The notes under the pieces were generated by a model, which ran no database searches, was not told the origin of the DNA, and saw nothing but the letters and a program-made list of their open reading frames with translations. Shown here one piece after another: positions 52,722 through 64,000 of a stretch of DNA of 64,000 nt (its first letter is position 1; every line of letters begins with the position of its first letter). The stretch lies in the NCBI GenBank assembly GCA_963771175.1, contig CAVYSY010000001.1, positions 64,001-128,000 of the forward strand. The letters run 5' to 3'. The DNA is from an uncultured delta proteobacterium. Lineage in GTDB: Bacteria; Myxococcota; Myxococcia; Myxococcales; Myxococcaceae. The position numbers were made by a program, and so were the translations under genes.

Positions 52722-55700
52722 TCACGGCAGCGCCACCAGCAGCGGCGTGAGGAGGTGCCCCGCAACCCCCTGCCCCAGCGAGCCATAGAGGTTGTTGCCC
52801 CAGCTCGACACGCTCCCGCCGGTGTGCACGGCCAGCGAGAAGGTGCCGCCACCCGAGGCGCCCACCCCCCCCGTCAACCCTGGCACCTGCACGGCCGTGG
52901 AGCGCGGACTGGTGGCCCCGTCTCCCAGCTCACCATGGGAGTTGTTGCCGCAGACCCAGGCCGCGCCACTCGAGTCCACCACCAGCGAGTGCAAGGAACC
53001 CGCGGAGATGGAGGTGGCGCCCGTCACCGCCGCCATCTGGACCGGGAGGCCGCGCGGGAAGAGGGTGCCGTCCCCGAGCTGGCCATTGCCATTGAGTCCC
53101 CAGGCCCACACCGTGCCGTCCGCCTTCAGCGCCAGTGAGTGGGCGTAGCCCGCCGCCACGGCCGTGACGCCCGTCAGCCCCGACACCTGCACCGGCGAGG
53201 TGCGCTGGGTGCCGGTACCATCGCCGAGCTGGCCGGCGCTGTTGCTGCCCCACGCCCACACCGTGCCATCTGTCTTCAGCGCCAGCGAGAAGTTGCTTCC
53301 GGCCGCGATGGCCACCGCGCCCGAGAGCACCTGCACCGGGAGCCTCCGCTGGGTGGTGGTGCCGTCCCCGAGCTGGCCATTGCCATTGCTGCCCCAGGCC
53401 CACACCGTGCCGTCGGACTTCAGCGCCAGCGAGTGGTAGCCCGCCGCCGCCACGGCCGTGACGTCCGTCAGTCCCGACACCTGCACCGGAAGAATGAACC
53501 GGGTGCCGGTGCCAACCCCGAGCTGACCCTAGTAGTTGTCTCCCCACGCCCACACCGTGCCGTCCGTCTTCAGCGCCAGCGAGTGGAAGTCCCCCGCCGC
53601 CATGGCCGAGACGCCCGTCAGTCCCGACACCTGCGTGGGCGCGGCCCGGAGGAGGGTGGTGCCGTCCCCGACCTGGCCATTGTCATTGCGGCCCCACGAC
53701 CAGAGCGTGCCGTCGGAGCGCAGGGCCAGGGCATGGTTGGCGCCTGCCCGCACCGCCGCCACTCCCGTCAACCCGGGCACGCCCACGGGGCTCAAGCGAG
53801 GGCCCGTCGTCGCGTCCGCCATCTGGCCGAGCTCGTTGCTGCCCCACGCCCTCGCCGTGCCGTCCTGGAAGAGGGCCACGGAGTGCGCATCGCCCGCGGC
53901 GACGGCGGCTGCGCCCACCAGGCCCGGCACCTGCATCGGCTGGTTGCGCCACGCGGTGTTGCCGAGGCCCAGTTGGCCCAGGTGGTTGTAGCCCCAGGCC
54001 CACACCGTGCCGTCCATCTTCACCGCCAGCGAGTGGCCCGTCCCCGCCGCGAGCGTCTCCACCTCCGACACGCCCAGCACCTGCACCGGCACGAGGCGCG
54101 CGGTGTTGGTGCCGTCCCCGAGCTGGCCATTGCCATTGCCACCCCAGGCCCACACCGTGCCGTCGGACTTCAACGCCAGGGAGTGCTCCTTGCCGGCGGC
54201 GAGGAAGGTGACGTCCGAGGGGAAGCCCTGCACCTGCACCGGCACGAGGCGCAGCGGTGGTGGTGCCATCCCCGAGCTGGCCGGCGTAGTTGGCGCCCCA
54301 CGCCCACACCGTGCCGTCGGACTTCACCGCCAGGGAGTGCCAGGTGCCCGCCGCCACGGCGATGACTCCCGTCAGCCCCGACACCCGCACCGGCGTGGTG
54401 CGCCGGGTGGTGGAGCCATCCCCGAGCTGGCCGGTGCTGTTGGCGCCCCATGCCCACACCGTGCCGTCGGACTTCACCGCCAGCACATGCTCAGCCCCCG
54501 CGGAGAGGGCCACGACGTCGGAGAGCCCCTGCACCTTCACCGGCAGGGTGCGCGCGGTGGTGGTGCCATCGCCGAGCTGGCCCTGGCTGTTGTCGCCCCA
54601 CGCCCACACCTCGCCAGCGCAGGTGAGCGCCAGGGAGGAGGAGACGTTGGCGGCGAGGGACCGGGTGCACGTGGGCACCTGGACGCTCACCGGGGCCATC
54701 CGCAGCAGCTGCGTCCCATCTCCCGAGCTGGCCGAAGCTGTTGGCGCCCCAGGCCCACACCGAGTCATCGGCGCGCTGGACGAGGACGTGGTTGTGTCCC
54801 GTGGCCAGGGCCACGCGCACCTGCGTCAGGCCCATGGACGGTAGCTGGGCCTGCACGGGGAAGGGAAACGAGTTCGTGGCACCGTTGACGAGCTGGCCAT
54901 CGGTGTTGTCCCCCCACGTCCACACGGTTCCATCCGTGCGCAGGGCGAAGGACATCCGGGAGCCGGCCGCGATGGCCGCGACCTGGGACATCTCCGGCAT
55001 CAGCTCCGGCCCGGACATGGCCAGGGTGTTGCTCCCGAGACCGAGCTGCCCCTGGACGTTGCGTCCCCAGACCCAGAGCAGGCCGTCGGAGCGCCGGGCC
55101 AGCACGTGGTTGGCGCGGACAGAGAGGGCGGTGACACCCGAGACGCCCGGGACCTGCACCGGGCTCAGGCGCGAGGCGGTGGAGGTGGTATCGCCGAGCT
55201 GGTACTGGGAGTTCTCCCCCCAGCCCCACACCGTGCCGTCCGACTTCAGCGCCAGCGAGAAGCTGCCTCCAGCCGCGATGGCCACCACGCCCGAGAGTCC
55301 CGGCACCGGCCCCGCAGTGGCGCGGGTGGAGGTGGTGCCATCGCCGAGCTGCCCGTAGTCGTTGTTGCCCCAGGCCCACACCGTGCCGTCCGACTTCAGG
55401 GCCAGCGAGTGGTAGGTGCCACCCGCCACGGCCACCGCGCCGGTCACCCCCTGCACCTGCACCGCGGGGGTGCGAGCAGTGAAGGCGATCGTACCCGTGC
55501 CGATCTGCCCGTTGTTGTCCAACCCCCACGCCCACACCGTGCCATCGGTCTTCACGGCCAGCGAGTGGTAGTTGCCCACGGCGAGGGCCGAGACACTCGT
55601 GAGGCCCGGCACCTGGATGGGCGTGTTGTGCTGGGTGGTGGAACCATCACCGAGCTGGCCGTAGCCGTTGTGACCCCAGGCCCACAGCGTGCCATCCGAC

Positions 55701-57094
55701 TTCAGCGCCAGCGAATGATAGGTGCTTCCGGCGAGACGCTGGACGGAGGACAGCCCCGACACGAGCACCGGGAGGCTGCGCTGCGTGGTGGTGCCATCAC
55801 CGAGCTGACCGTAGGCGTTGTTCCCCCACGCCCACACCGAGCCATCCTGGTGCAGGGCGAGACCGAACAGGTCACCGGCGCCAATGTCCTGGATCTGGGA
55901 GAGGCCCAGCGCCTGGGCGGCAAAGGGACGAAAGCTCGACATGCCATTGCCGAGCTGGCCCGAGTTGTTGAGGCCCCAGCCCCGGATGGTGCCGTCACCG
56001 AGCGCGGCCAGCGCGAAGGAGCCACCACAGGCGATGCCGTGGACTCCCGTGAGGTTGGACACCTGGACCGGGGTGTTGCGCGCGGTGAAGGTGCCATCCC
56101 CGAGCTGGTTCATGGAGTTGTTGCCCCAACCCCACACCGTGCCGTCCTGGCGCAGGGCGAGGGAGAAATAAGTGCCACTGGCGAGCCCCACGACGCCCGT
56201 GAGGCCGGACACCTGCACCGGCGTGAGGGACGAAGCCGTGGCGCCATCGCCGAGCTGAGCATAGGTGTTGTCACCCCAGGCCCACACGGTGCCGTCGGAC
56301 TTCAGCGCCACGCTGAAGGAGCCGCCCCCGGCGATGGCCACGATGCCCGTGAGCCCGGACACCTGGACCGGGGTGTTGCGCGCGGTGGCGGTGCCATCCC
56401 CGAGCTGGCCGGCGCCATTGTTGCCCCAGGCCCACACGGTGCCGTCCTGCTTCAGGGCCAGGGAGTGGTAGTCACCGGCGGCGATGGCCTTCACGTTCGA
56501 CAGCCCCTGTACCTGCACCGGCGTGGAGCGCGACACATTGGTGCCATCGGCGAGCTGCCCGGAGCCGTTGCCGCCCCAACCCCACACCGTGCCATCGGAC
56601 TTCAGCGCCAGCGAGTGAATGTTGCCCGCGGCGATCGCCGTCACGCCCGACAGCCCGGAGACCACCGCCGGAGTGGAGTGCGCGGTGACAGTGCCGTCCC
56701 CGAGCTGACCATCCCCATTGCCGCCCCAGGCCCACACGGTGCCGTCCTGCTTCAGGGCCAGGGAGTGGCTGTTGCCGGCCGCGACCGCCCACACCTGGGA
56801 GAGGCCCTGCAGCTCCACCGGAACGAGGCGCTGGGTGGTGGTTCCATCGCCGAGCTGGCCCTGGGTGTTGGTTCCCGAGGCCCACACGCCACCGGTGGGC
56901 GACACGTACAGCGAGTGCCCCAGCCCCCCGGCCAGACGGCGCGACGACACCATGGAGCCCATGAGGGCCCGGACCTCCCGGGCTGGAGCCTCCGGAGCCG
57001 AAGCCTCCTGGCTGCCTCTCTCCGCTTCACATCCCGCCAGCGTGATGATCCAGAGCGCCAGCAGACACCGCATGACGCGAATTCCCCTGCTCAT
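52722..57094 (-). CDS. Giant RCC1/BLIP-II repeat lipoprotein (28 repeats), with frameshifts and an in-frame TAG at 53529-53531
   Basis: Lipobox LAGC; repeated [31 protein letters not shown] units across ORFs 54491, 53683, 53529 and 52722. Confidence 0.88.
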
Positions 57095-57173
57095 GTGAAC
57101 AACCCCTCCCATGAAAAAGGGGGCGAACCTAGCACGGGCAGTCACAGCCAAGACGCACAAGCGCTTGTTCCCG

Positions 57174-57380
57174 TCAGCCCTCGGCGGGCCGGGGATCCTC
57201 CTCCTTGGAGCGCTTCGCCAGCCGCGACTTGATGCGGTCCGCCACCACGTAGAAGGCGGGCACCACGAGGAGGCTCAGCACGGTGGAGACAGAGAGGCCG
57301 CCCAGCACGGCGACGGACATGGGGGCGCGCGTCTCGCTGCCGGCGCCCAGGGCCAGGGCCGCGGGCACCGCCGCCATCAC
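57174..57380 (-). pseudogene. C-terminal remnant of an AcrB/CzcA-type RND efflux permease
   Basis: AAVPAALALGAGSETRAPMSVAVLGGLSVSTVLSLLVVPAFY matches the last two RND TM helices; msrA lies immediately upstream, leaving no room for the rest. Confidence 0.8.
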
Positions 57381-57484
57381 TTTGGTTGGACGGCCGGTGA
57401 GCGGGGAGGGGGACGTGGCCTGCGCCGTGCCCCCTCGCGGGTTAGACGCGAGGAGAGGGCTCTCGCCGGAAGGGAAGGACCGTC

Positions 57485-58128
57485 ATGGCCCAGCACTCCA
57501 CACGTTTCTCTCTGCTCGCGGTCGTCGTCACGTTGATGGTGGGAAGCGGAGCCGCGGCGTCCGCTGCCGAGTCCACGAAAGGGGATGCGCCGCTCGCCAC
57601 CGCCACCTTCGCGGGCGGCTGCTTCTGGTGCATGGAGCCGCCCTTCGACGCGCTGCCGGGCGTGGTGTCCACCACCTCGGGCTACACCGGCGGGACGAAG
57701 CGAGGACCCCACCTACGAGGAGGTCTCCGCCGGAAGCACCGGCCACGCCGAGGCGGTGCAGGTGGTCTACGACCCGCGCCAGGTCAACTACGCGCAGCTG
57801 CTCGAGGTCTTCTGGCACAACGTGGACCCGCTCGACGGCGACCGGGCAGTTCTGCGACAAGGGGGACGCAGTACCGCTCCGCCATCTTCGTCCAGGATGC
57901 GGAGCAGCGGCGGCTCGCCGAGGAGTCGAAGCTCGCGCTGCGAGAAGTCGAAGCGCTTCGAGCAGCCGCTCGTGACGCAGATCGTCCCCGCCTCGGACGT
58001 TCTACCCGGCCGAGGAGTACCACCAGGACTACTACCGGAAGAACCCGCTGCGCTATCGCTTCTACCGCTCCACCTGTGGTCGCGATTCGCGCTTGAAGGC
58101 GGTCTGGGGCGAGGACGCGAAGAAGTAG
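57485..58128 (+). CDS. msrA: Peptide methionine (S)-sulfoxide reductase with signal peptide, frameshifted
   Basis: [44 protein letters not shown]. Confidence 0.92.
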
Positions 58129-58139
58129 CGTCCCCGTGC

Positions 58140-60209
58140 TCAGTGCACGCCGGTCTTCAGGAAGACGCGCAGGGCCTCCGCCACGCTCCACGCCTGCGCG
58201 ATGCAGCCGCGCGGCCGGTACGGCTCCGTGGCGTCGAAGATCTCGCTGATCTGCCCCAGGCCCGCGTGCTCCAGGTGGTCCTCCAGGCCCGCGCAGCAGC
58301 GCCCGCGCCGCGCCCTTGTCCGCGTTCACCTTCAGCGTCGCGTCGACGTAGTGGCCGATCAGCCAGGCCCACACCGTGCCCTGGTGGTACGCCGCGTCGC
58401 GCGCGCGCAGGTCGCCGTCGTAGTTCGGCTTGTAGTCCGGGTGCCCCGGCGCGAGGCTGCGCAGGCCCACCGGCGTCAGCAGCTCCTCGCGCACCTTCTC
58501 CAGCACCGGCTCCCACCGTCCCGCGCGCAGCACCGGGTAGCTGCAGCGAGATGGCGAACATCTGGTTCGGGCCGCACCGCCGGATCGTTCTTCGCCGTCC
58601 TCTCCGTCCACCACGTCGAACAGGCAGCGCGTCTGCCGGGTTCCAGAAGCGCCGGTTGAAGTTCGCGTAGGCCCGCTCGGCCGCCGCCGCGGTACGGCGC
58701 CGGGTCCTTCCCCAGCCGCTCGGCCCACTCCGCCATCAGCCGCAGCGCGTTGAACCACAGCGCGTTGATCTCCACCGCCTTCCCGCGCCGCGGCGTCACC
58801 ACCCAGCCGTCCACCTTCGCGTCCATCCAGGTGAGCTGGTAGCCCTCCTGCGCCCTGGCGCGAGCAGCCCGTCCGCCGGGTCGACGCGGATGTTGAAGCG
58901 CGTGCCCTTCAGGTGGTGCTCGATGATGCCTCGCCAGCGTCGGGTAGAAGTCGCGCAGCAGCTCCTCGTCCTCGGTGTGCTCGAGGTAGCGGTCCACCGC
59001 GTGGAAGAACCACATCGTCGCGTCGGCCGTGTGGTACAGGCCCTCGTTCTCGCCCTCGGGGAAGAGGTTGGGCAGCAGGCCGTCCTTCACGTAGTGCTGG
59101 AAGGTGCGCAGGATGGCCGCGGCCTCGCGGTGCCGGCCCGGTGCACAGCGTGAGCCCCTCCAGGGAGATCATCGTGTCCCGGCCCCAGTCCGTGAACCAG
59201 TGGTAGCCGGCGATGACGCTGCGCGCGTCCTGGCCCGACTGGAGCGCGCCCAGGCGTCGTCCGCGGGCGCGCATCGGGTCGATGATGAACTGGTCCGCCG
59301 CCAGCACCAGCCGCGCCGGCACTCCCGTGCGCGCCTCCTCGGGCGACCCGCACCAGCAGCCGCCGCTCGCGCTCGCAGCTCCAGCGCGCAGCGCCTCCTC
59401 CGGGTCGCGCTCCAGCACGTCCCAGTCCTCGGCGGTGACGCCCAGCGCCAGGTGACTCGCCCGGCCGCAGCGTGCACTCGAAGTAGCCCGGGCTCGCCAG
59501 CGTCTCCCGGAGTCGTACCCGCGCGCCTGCTCCACCCGGTAGAACAGCGGCGCGACTCGCTCGCTCAGGCCCACGAAGGCGCGCGCGCAGCGCGAGTACA
59601 TCCGCATCCGCAGCGGCGGCGCGCCGTCGCCGGGCCTGCAGCTCCACGCCGCGAGCCCTCGAGGCGCACCGACGGGCTCGCAGCTGCTCCTGTGGTGGAG
59701 CTGTCGTCGTGCATGGCGGCAGCGCGGGGAAGGGGCGCAGCCGCAGCGTGCACCTCCGGACCCGACGAGGTGCTCCCACACGCACGAAGAGCGGTGTTCT
59801 CCCCGTGCACCATCACCAGCCTGCGGCTGGATCCGCGCCTCGCCGAGCTCGTACTCCCAGTCGGGCACCAGGCCCTCCAGGCGGAAGCCGCGCAGCAGCG
59901 TGGCGCACTCGGTGCACCTGCGTGCCGTCCGCGTGCTCCTCGCCGTCCAGCCGGTACGTCCGGCCGCCCACCTGGGCCTGCTCGGCCAGCCGCGCCAGCA
60001 GCACCGTGCGGCCCTTGCTTCGCCAGCGCCGGGGATGAACAGCCCGTGGTAGCGCCGCGTGTTGCAGCCGCGCCACCGTGCCCGAGGCGTACCCGCCCCG
60101 GCCGTTGGTCACGAGCCACTCGCGGGTGAGGACGTCCGTGAAGTCCGTCGCCCGTGGGCCAGTCGAAGGCGAGTCGGGGCAGGGAGGGGCACTCGGTTCC
60201 AGGGGTCAC
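58140..60209 (-). CDS. Amylo-alpha-1,6-glucosidase (archaeal-type glycogen debranching enzyme), many frameshifts
   Basis: [73 protein letters not shown]. Confidence 0.88.
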
Positions 60210-62101
60210 GTCTTCGTCTCCTCGCTCGTGAGCACGAGCGCCATCTGTCCTGGCACCCGCGTCCGTCCCTCGTCTTCGCTGGGAAGGCGGGGACATCCCA
60301 TGCCGCCGTAGCGGACGTGCTCAGAAGCCAGGAGGAGCCGCCACTTCTTTCCCGGCGGCGGCGCGAGCAGCGGCTCCGGGCATGGGCTCCAGCTCCAGTT
60401 CCGTCCCCAGGTTGAGGAGCACCAGCCGGTCGCCCTCCTGGCCGCTCCCGAAATAGCGCAGCACCAGCGCGTGCGGAGACAGCACCGCCCCCGCCAGCCG
60501 CTTCAGATCCTGCGCCGCGAACACCGGATCCTCCCGCCGCAGCCTCAGCAGATCCGCGTGGAGCGCCAGCGCCTCCGCGTTCCGCTCGCGCTCGGACCAG
60601 TCCAGCTTGGACAGCGCGGAAGGCCTCCTCCCCGAAGGGCACGCGGTAGCCCTCCACCTCCAGGGCCTGGCGGGCGCTCGCGAACTGGGAGAGGAAGTCG
60701 TTGCGTCCCTTGCGCACCAGCTCCTGCAGCTCCGCATGGTGGTCCACGAAGTAGAGGAAGGGCGAGGAGGCGCAGAACTCCTGCCCCATGAAGAGCATGG
60801 GCGTCTGCGGCAGCAGCAGCAGGAAGGTCGTCAGCGCCCGGGTCCGCGCCGGTCCCGCCTGCTGGTGCAGCCGCTCGCCCCTCAGGGCGTTGGCGAGCTG
60901 GTCATGGTTCTGCAGGTAGAAGACGACGTGCTTCGCCTCGCGTGTGCAGCAGCGGCGAGCCCCGGTGCTTCTTCTGCCACGTGTAGTACTGCCCCTGGTA
61001 CAGCGAGTTGCGCAGCACGCACGACAGCAGCTCCTGTGCGGTGCCGCAGTAGTCCATCAGGTAGGCCTCGGAGCGCGCCCAGCACCGCCACGCTTCGCCG
61101 AGTGGTGGAAGTCGTCCACCCAGAGGGCGTCCGCTCCGTAGCCTTCCTTGGCGGGCGGCTTCACCAGCCTCACGTCCTGTGGCTCGTTCTCGCCGACGAT
61201 GTAGACGCGCCGCTTCCCCGCCGCCGCGCGCACCCGCTCGATGAGCTCCCCCACGATGTGTCGCGGCGAGGCGTCGTAGAGGCTCTGCGTGGCGTCCACG
61301 CGCAGCCCGTCGAAGTGGTACTCGGTCACCCAATAGCAGGCGTTCTGGATGAAGAAGTCGCGCGAGGGGCCGGCCGCCTCCCCGTCATCGAAGTTGGTGG
61401 GGTCGCCCCACTCGTTGGGGTACTTCTCGTTGAAGTAGCCCTCGGAGTACTGGGCCAGGTAGTTCCCGTCCGGCCCCAGGTGGTTGTAGACGACGTCCAG
61501 CGATGATGCCGAGCCCCAGCCGGTGCGCCTCGTCCACCAGGCGCCGCAGCTCGTCCGGGCTCCCGTAGGCCGGGTAGGGCGCGAAGAGATTCACGCCGTC
61601 GTAGCCCCAGTTGAAGCGGCCGGCGCAGGTGTGCAGCGGCATCAGCTCCAGCGTGGTGACGCCCAGCTCCTTGAGCAGCGGCAGCTTGCGGGCCGCCGCC
61701 GCGTAGGTGCCCTCGGGCGTGAAGGTGCCCACGTGCAGCTCGTAGAGGACCTGGCCCTTCTGGCGTGATGCCCCGGCCACCCTCCGTCCTTCCAGGCGTA
61801 GCGCGTGGGGTCCACCACCTGCGAGGGGCCGTGCGGGCCCTGGGGTTGGAAGCGCGAGCACGGGTCCGCGAAGGACTCCCCGCCGTCCAGCCGGTACTTG
61901 TAGAGGCTGCCCGTGGGCACTGGGTGGGTGCCCTCGAAGTAGCCGCCCGCGGTGCGACTCGAGCGGCAGGTAGCGCAGCCTCCCTGCGTCGTGGACGGCG
62001 ACATCCACCCGGCGCCTCCGGGGGGCCCAGACCCGGAAGTGGGTGCGTCCGCCGTCGAGCGGGCGAGCACCGAGGGTGAGCTGGAAGTTCCCGGGACTCA
62101 C
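60206..62101 (-). CDS. treZ: Malto-oligosyltrehalose trehalohydrolase (GH13), frameshifted
   Basis: FRVWAP, DPCSRFQPQGPHGPS, YELHVGTFT, NWGYDGV, VYNHLGP, DGLRVDAT, QNHDQ, PMLFMGQEF. Confidence 0.88.
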
Positions 62102-62131
62102 TATCCCCTCCACGGAAGAAACGCTTCTACT

Positions 62132-62326
62132 TCAGGCCTCCTTCGCCACTCCGGCCGGCGTCGTCTCCTTGCCACTGCCCAGTACCGAGCTGCCCGTGAA
62201 CAGGCCCACGCCCAGCAGTGCCACCGTGGCCGCCTCCGCGTAGGGACCTAGTATCGAGCCCAGCAGCGTCATTCCCACCGCGCCCACCGCGAACATCGCG
62301 ATCACCGCTCCCGCCACCTTGCTCAT
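62132..62326 (-). CDS. Small two-TM membrane protein (64 aa)
   Basis: MSKVAGAVIAMFAVGAVGMTLLG...VALLGVGLFTG; same strand as and ~30 bp upstream of treZ. Confidence 0.6.
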   Translation of the reverse strand: MSKVAGAVIAMFAVGAVGMTLLGSILGPYAEAATVALLGVGLFTGSSVLGSGKETTPAGVAKEA

Positions 62327-62603
62327 AGCCGCCGTCCGTTCCCTCGATCGCTCCGGACCTGCCCGGGTCCGGGGCCCACTGAGGGTGAATTCAATCGGCG
62401 TGCCGCGGTTGGTGCCGGGGGAGTGGGAAAAAACCTGGGACACGGTGGGAAGCGCGGTTCCCATCTCGGGGGTGATCCCGAGCCCGGTACGAGCCCTCCC
62501 TCGGGGGTGAGGTCGGAATTTTTTCCCGGACACCCGCCCGGCTTCCGACTGGCTGTAGCGCGTAACCCACGACGATCCGGGGACTTTGCCCTCGCGGTGG
62601 CTT

Positions 62604-62619
62604 TGGCACACCCGCTGCT
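62604..62619 (+). promoter_or_regulatory. sigma54 (-24/-12) promoter of the polysaccharide export operon
   Basis: TGGCACACCCGCTGCT, with GG and GC at the correct spacing, ~70 bp upstream of the ATG. Confidence 0.6.
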
Positions 62620-62690
62620 ACGGCCACCCCCGAACACGTGGCCCCTGGCCTTCTTGCTTGGTTGCCAGGGACTTTGGGGAGAGGCGAGCG

Positions 62691-63269
62691 ATGGGAAAGA
62701 CGAGCGCGAGGTGGTGGGTGGCGTTGGGGTTGCTCCTCCTGTCGGGGTGCGCCCACCGGGCCCCGGCGCGGGTGGACAACTCGGACCAGCCGTACCGCAT
62801 CGGCCGTGAGGACATCCTGGATGTGGCGGTGTGGCGTGACGCGGATCTCTCGCGCACGCTGCCGGTGCGCCCCGACGGTTTCATCTCCATGCCCATGGTG
62901 GGCGAGGTGCGGGCCGAGGGTCGCACTCCCACCGAGCTGTCCGAGGAGATTCGCGAGGCCCTCAAGCCGTACGTGCAGGAGCCTCGGGTGACGGTGGTCG
63001 TCCGCGAGGTGAACAGCAGCCGCGTCTACATCACCGGTGAGGTGGCCCACCCCGGCGCCTACCCACTGCGTGGCCGCGTGTCCATCCTCCAGGCCATTGC
63101 CCTGGCGGGAGGCTTCACGGACTTCGCGGACAAGGACGCCATCGTCGTCCTGCGCCGCGCGGGCTCGGGCGGAGGCACCATCCCCGTGAGCTACAGCGAT
63201 CTGGTGGAGGAGCCCGAGAAGTTCGAGCCGCTCATCCTGCGGCCGGGCGACACCATCGTCGTGCCGTGA
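62691..63269 (+). CDS. exoA: Short OPX (Wza-like) polysaccharide export lipoprotein, ExoA/FdgA-like
   Basis: Lipobox LSGC; YRIGREDIL, VRPDGFISMP (PES motif), SLBB GEVAHPG, ends LRPGDTIVVP with no Wza OM helix. Confidence 0.8.
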   Translation: MGKTSARWWVALGLLLLSGCAHRAPARVDNSDQPYRIGREDILDVAVWRDADLSRTLPVRPDGFISMPMVGEVRAEGRTPTELSEEIREALKPYVQEPRVTVVVREVNSSRVYITGEVAHPGAYPLRGRVSILQAIALAGGFTDFADKDAIVVLRRAGSGGGTIPVSYSDLVEEPEKFEPLILRPGDTIVVP

Positions 63270-63329
63270 GGCGTGGAGCGGGGCGCGGGGCGCCAGGGTC
63301 GGGGTCGGAGTGCGGGGATGGAGGGTGCC

Positions 63330-64000
63330 GTGAGACGTGCATGGAAGGGTTGGGTGGCGGCGGCGGTGGTGGGGGGCGCGCCGGCCGCGCTCGCGGCCAC
63401 GGTGGTGGAGCCTCGGGCGAAGCTGACGCTGGAGGAGCGCTACGACGACGACTTCCGGCTGAACGCCGGGGGCACCGGCGGCCAGCTCATGACGAAGTTG
63501 ACGCCGAGACTCGGGCTGGGCGTGAAGGACCCGTCGCTGACGCTGGAGAGCTTCTACGCGACGGACCTGCTGCTGCGGCACGGCTCCGGCCGGCTGACGA
63601 TGGATCACCGCGGTGGGCTGTCGGTGCGCAAGCTGCTGTCGCGCCGCCTGCGGGTGGATGTGTCGGGGAGCCTCTACCGGGTGACGGACCCCACCTCGCT
63701 GCCGCGTGAGAGCGTGGCACGCGCGGTCCAGCCCGTCCTCTATGGACAGGGGAGGGTGTACGTGTCGGGGCGGGCGAGCCGGCGGGTGGACGTGGGGGTC
63801 GGCTACGGGATGGAGGGCGTGAAGGTGCTCGAGGGCGATCACGCCACGGGCTTCGTCCACACCCCGTTCGTGGAGACCTGGCTGCGCGCCACGCGGCGGC
63901 TGTCGCTGGGCGCCGAGTACCGCTACCAGGCCTTCCTCTATGGTGACGAGCTGGATCAGGCGCACGGCGCCGCCGCCGCCCTGCGCTACCGGCTGACGCG
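63330..64000 (+). CDS. Outer-membrane beta-barrel partner of the OPX protein, ExoB-like (3' end outside window)
   Basis: GGAGG SD then GTG; signal peptide ending ALA-ATVVEPRAKLTLEERYDDD; alternating amphipathic beta-strands; open to the window end. Confidence 0.7.
   Translation, partial: MRRAWKGWVAAAVVGGAPAALAATVVEPRAKLTLEERYDDDFRLNAGGTGGQLMTKLTPRLGLGVKDPSLTLESFYATDLLLRHGSGRLTMDHRGGLSVRKLLSRRLRVDVSGSLYRVTDPTSLPRESVARAVQPVLYGQGRVYVSGRASRRVDVGVGYGMEGVKVLEGDHATGFVHTPFVETWLRATRRLSLGAEYRYQAFLYGDELDQAHGAAAALRYRLT

Noticed and set aside
52722..57094. Regularly spaced DNA repeats resembling a CRISPR array or DGR
   Set aside because: The ~150-bp period is in-frame RCC1 coding repeats; there are no cas or reverse transcriptase genes.
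1..64000. Prophage, IS, integrase, tRNA or rRNA
   Set aside because: No recognisable motifs, terminal inverted repeats or cloverleaf structures were found by eye; a tRNAscan/Rfam run would be needed to exclude small RNAs.

Overview
High-GC myxobacterial chromosome segment (MYXO-CTERM protein, DUF4388, many Ser/Thr kinases, lipoproteins; likely a Cystobacterineae/Archangiaceae-type organism, by inference). Many single-base indels split conserved genes (rel, dsbA-like, DEAD helicase, msrA, treZ); this looks like long-read or low-coverage assembly error, so genes are reported as reconstructed spans. Left to right: a hypothetical-VWA-PspA operon; a signalling hub (DacZ-like diadenylate cyclase, dksA, zinc-ribbon FHA / kinase / FHA trio, bifunctional rel, ridA); triple-domain DsbA, tusA, ABC transporter, PBP; a Tat-exported Mo-hydroxylase cluster; a sigma54 enhancer-binding protein with a perfect sigma54 promoter and a G-quadruplex motif in its leader; mixed housekeeping and envelope-stress genes; a 66-aa secreted six-cysteine defensin/NCR-like peptide near a ParB-motif protein and a thioester alpha-2-macroglobulin; a kinase-TPR-PGRS cassette with atypical codon usage; large surface proteins (GSDH-MYXO-CTERM, a 28-repeat RCC1 lipoprotein); an RND pump remnant; msrA; glycogen debranching enzyme and treZ; and the start of an exoA/exoB-like polysaccharide export operon with a sigma54 promoter. 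No rRNA, tRNA, CRISPR array, integrase or transposase was recognised.
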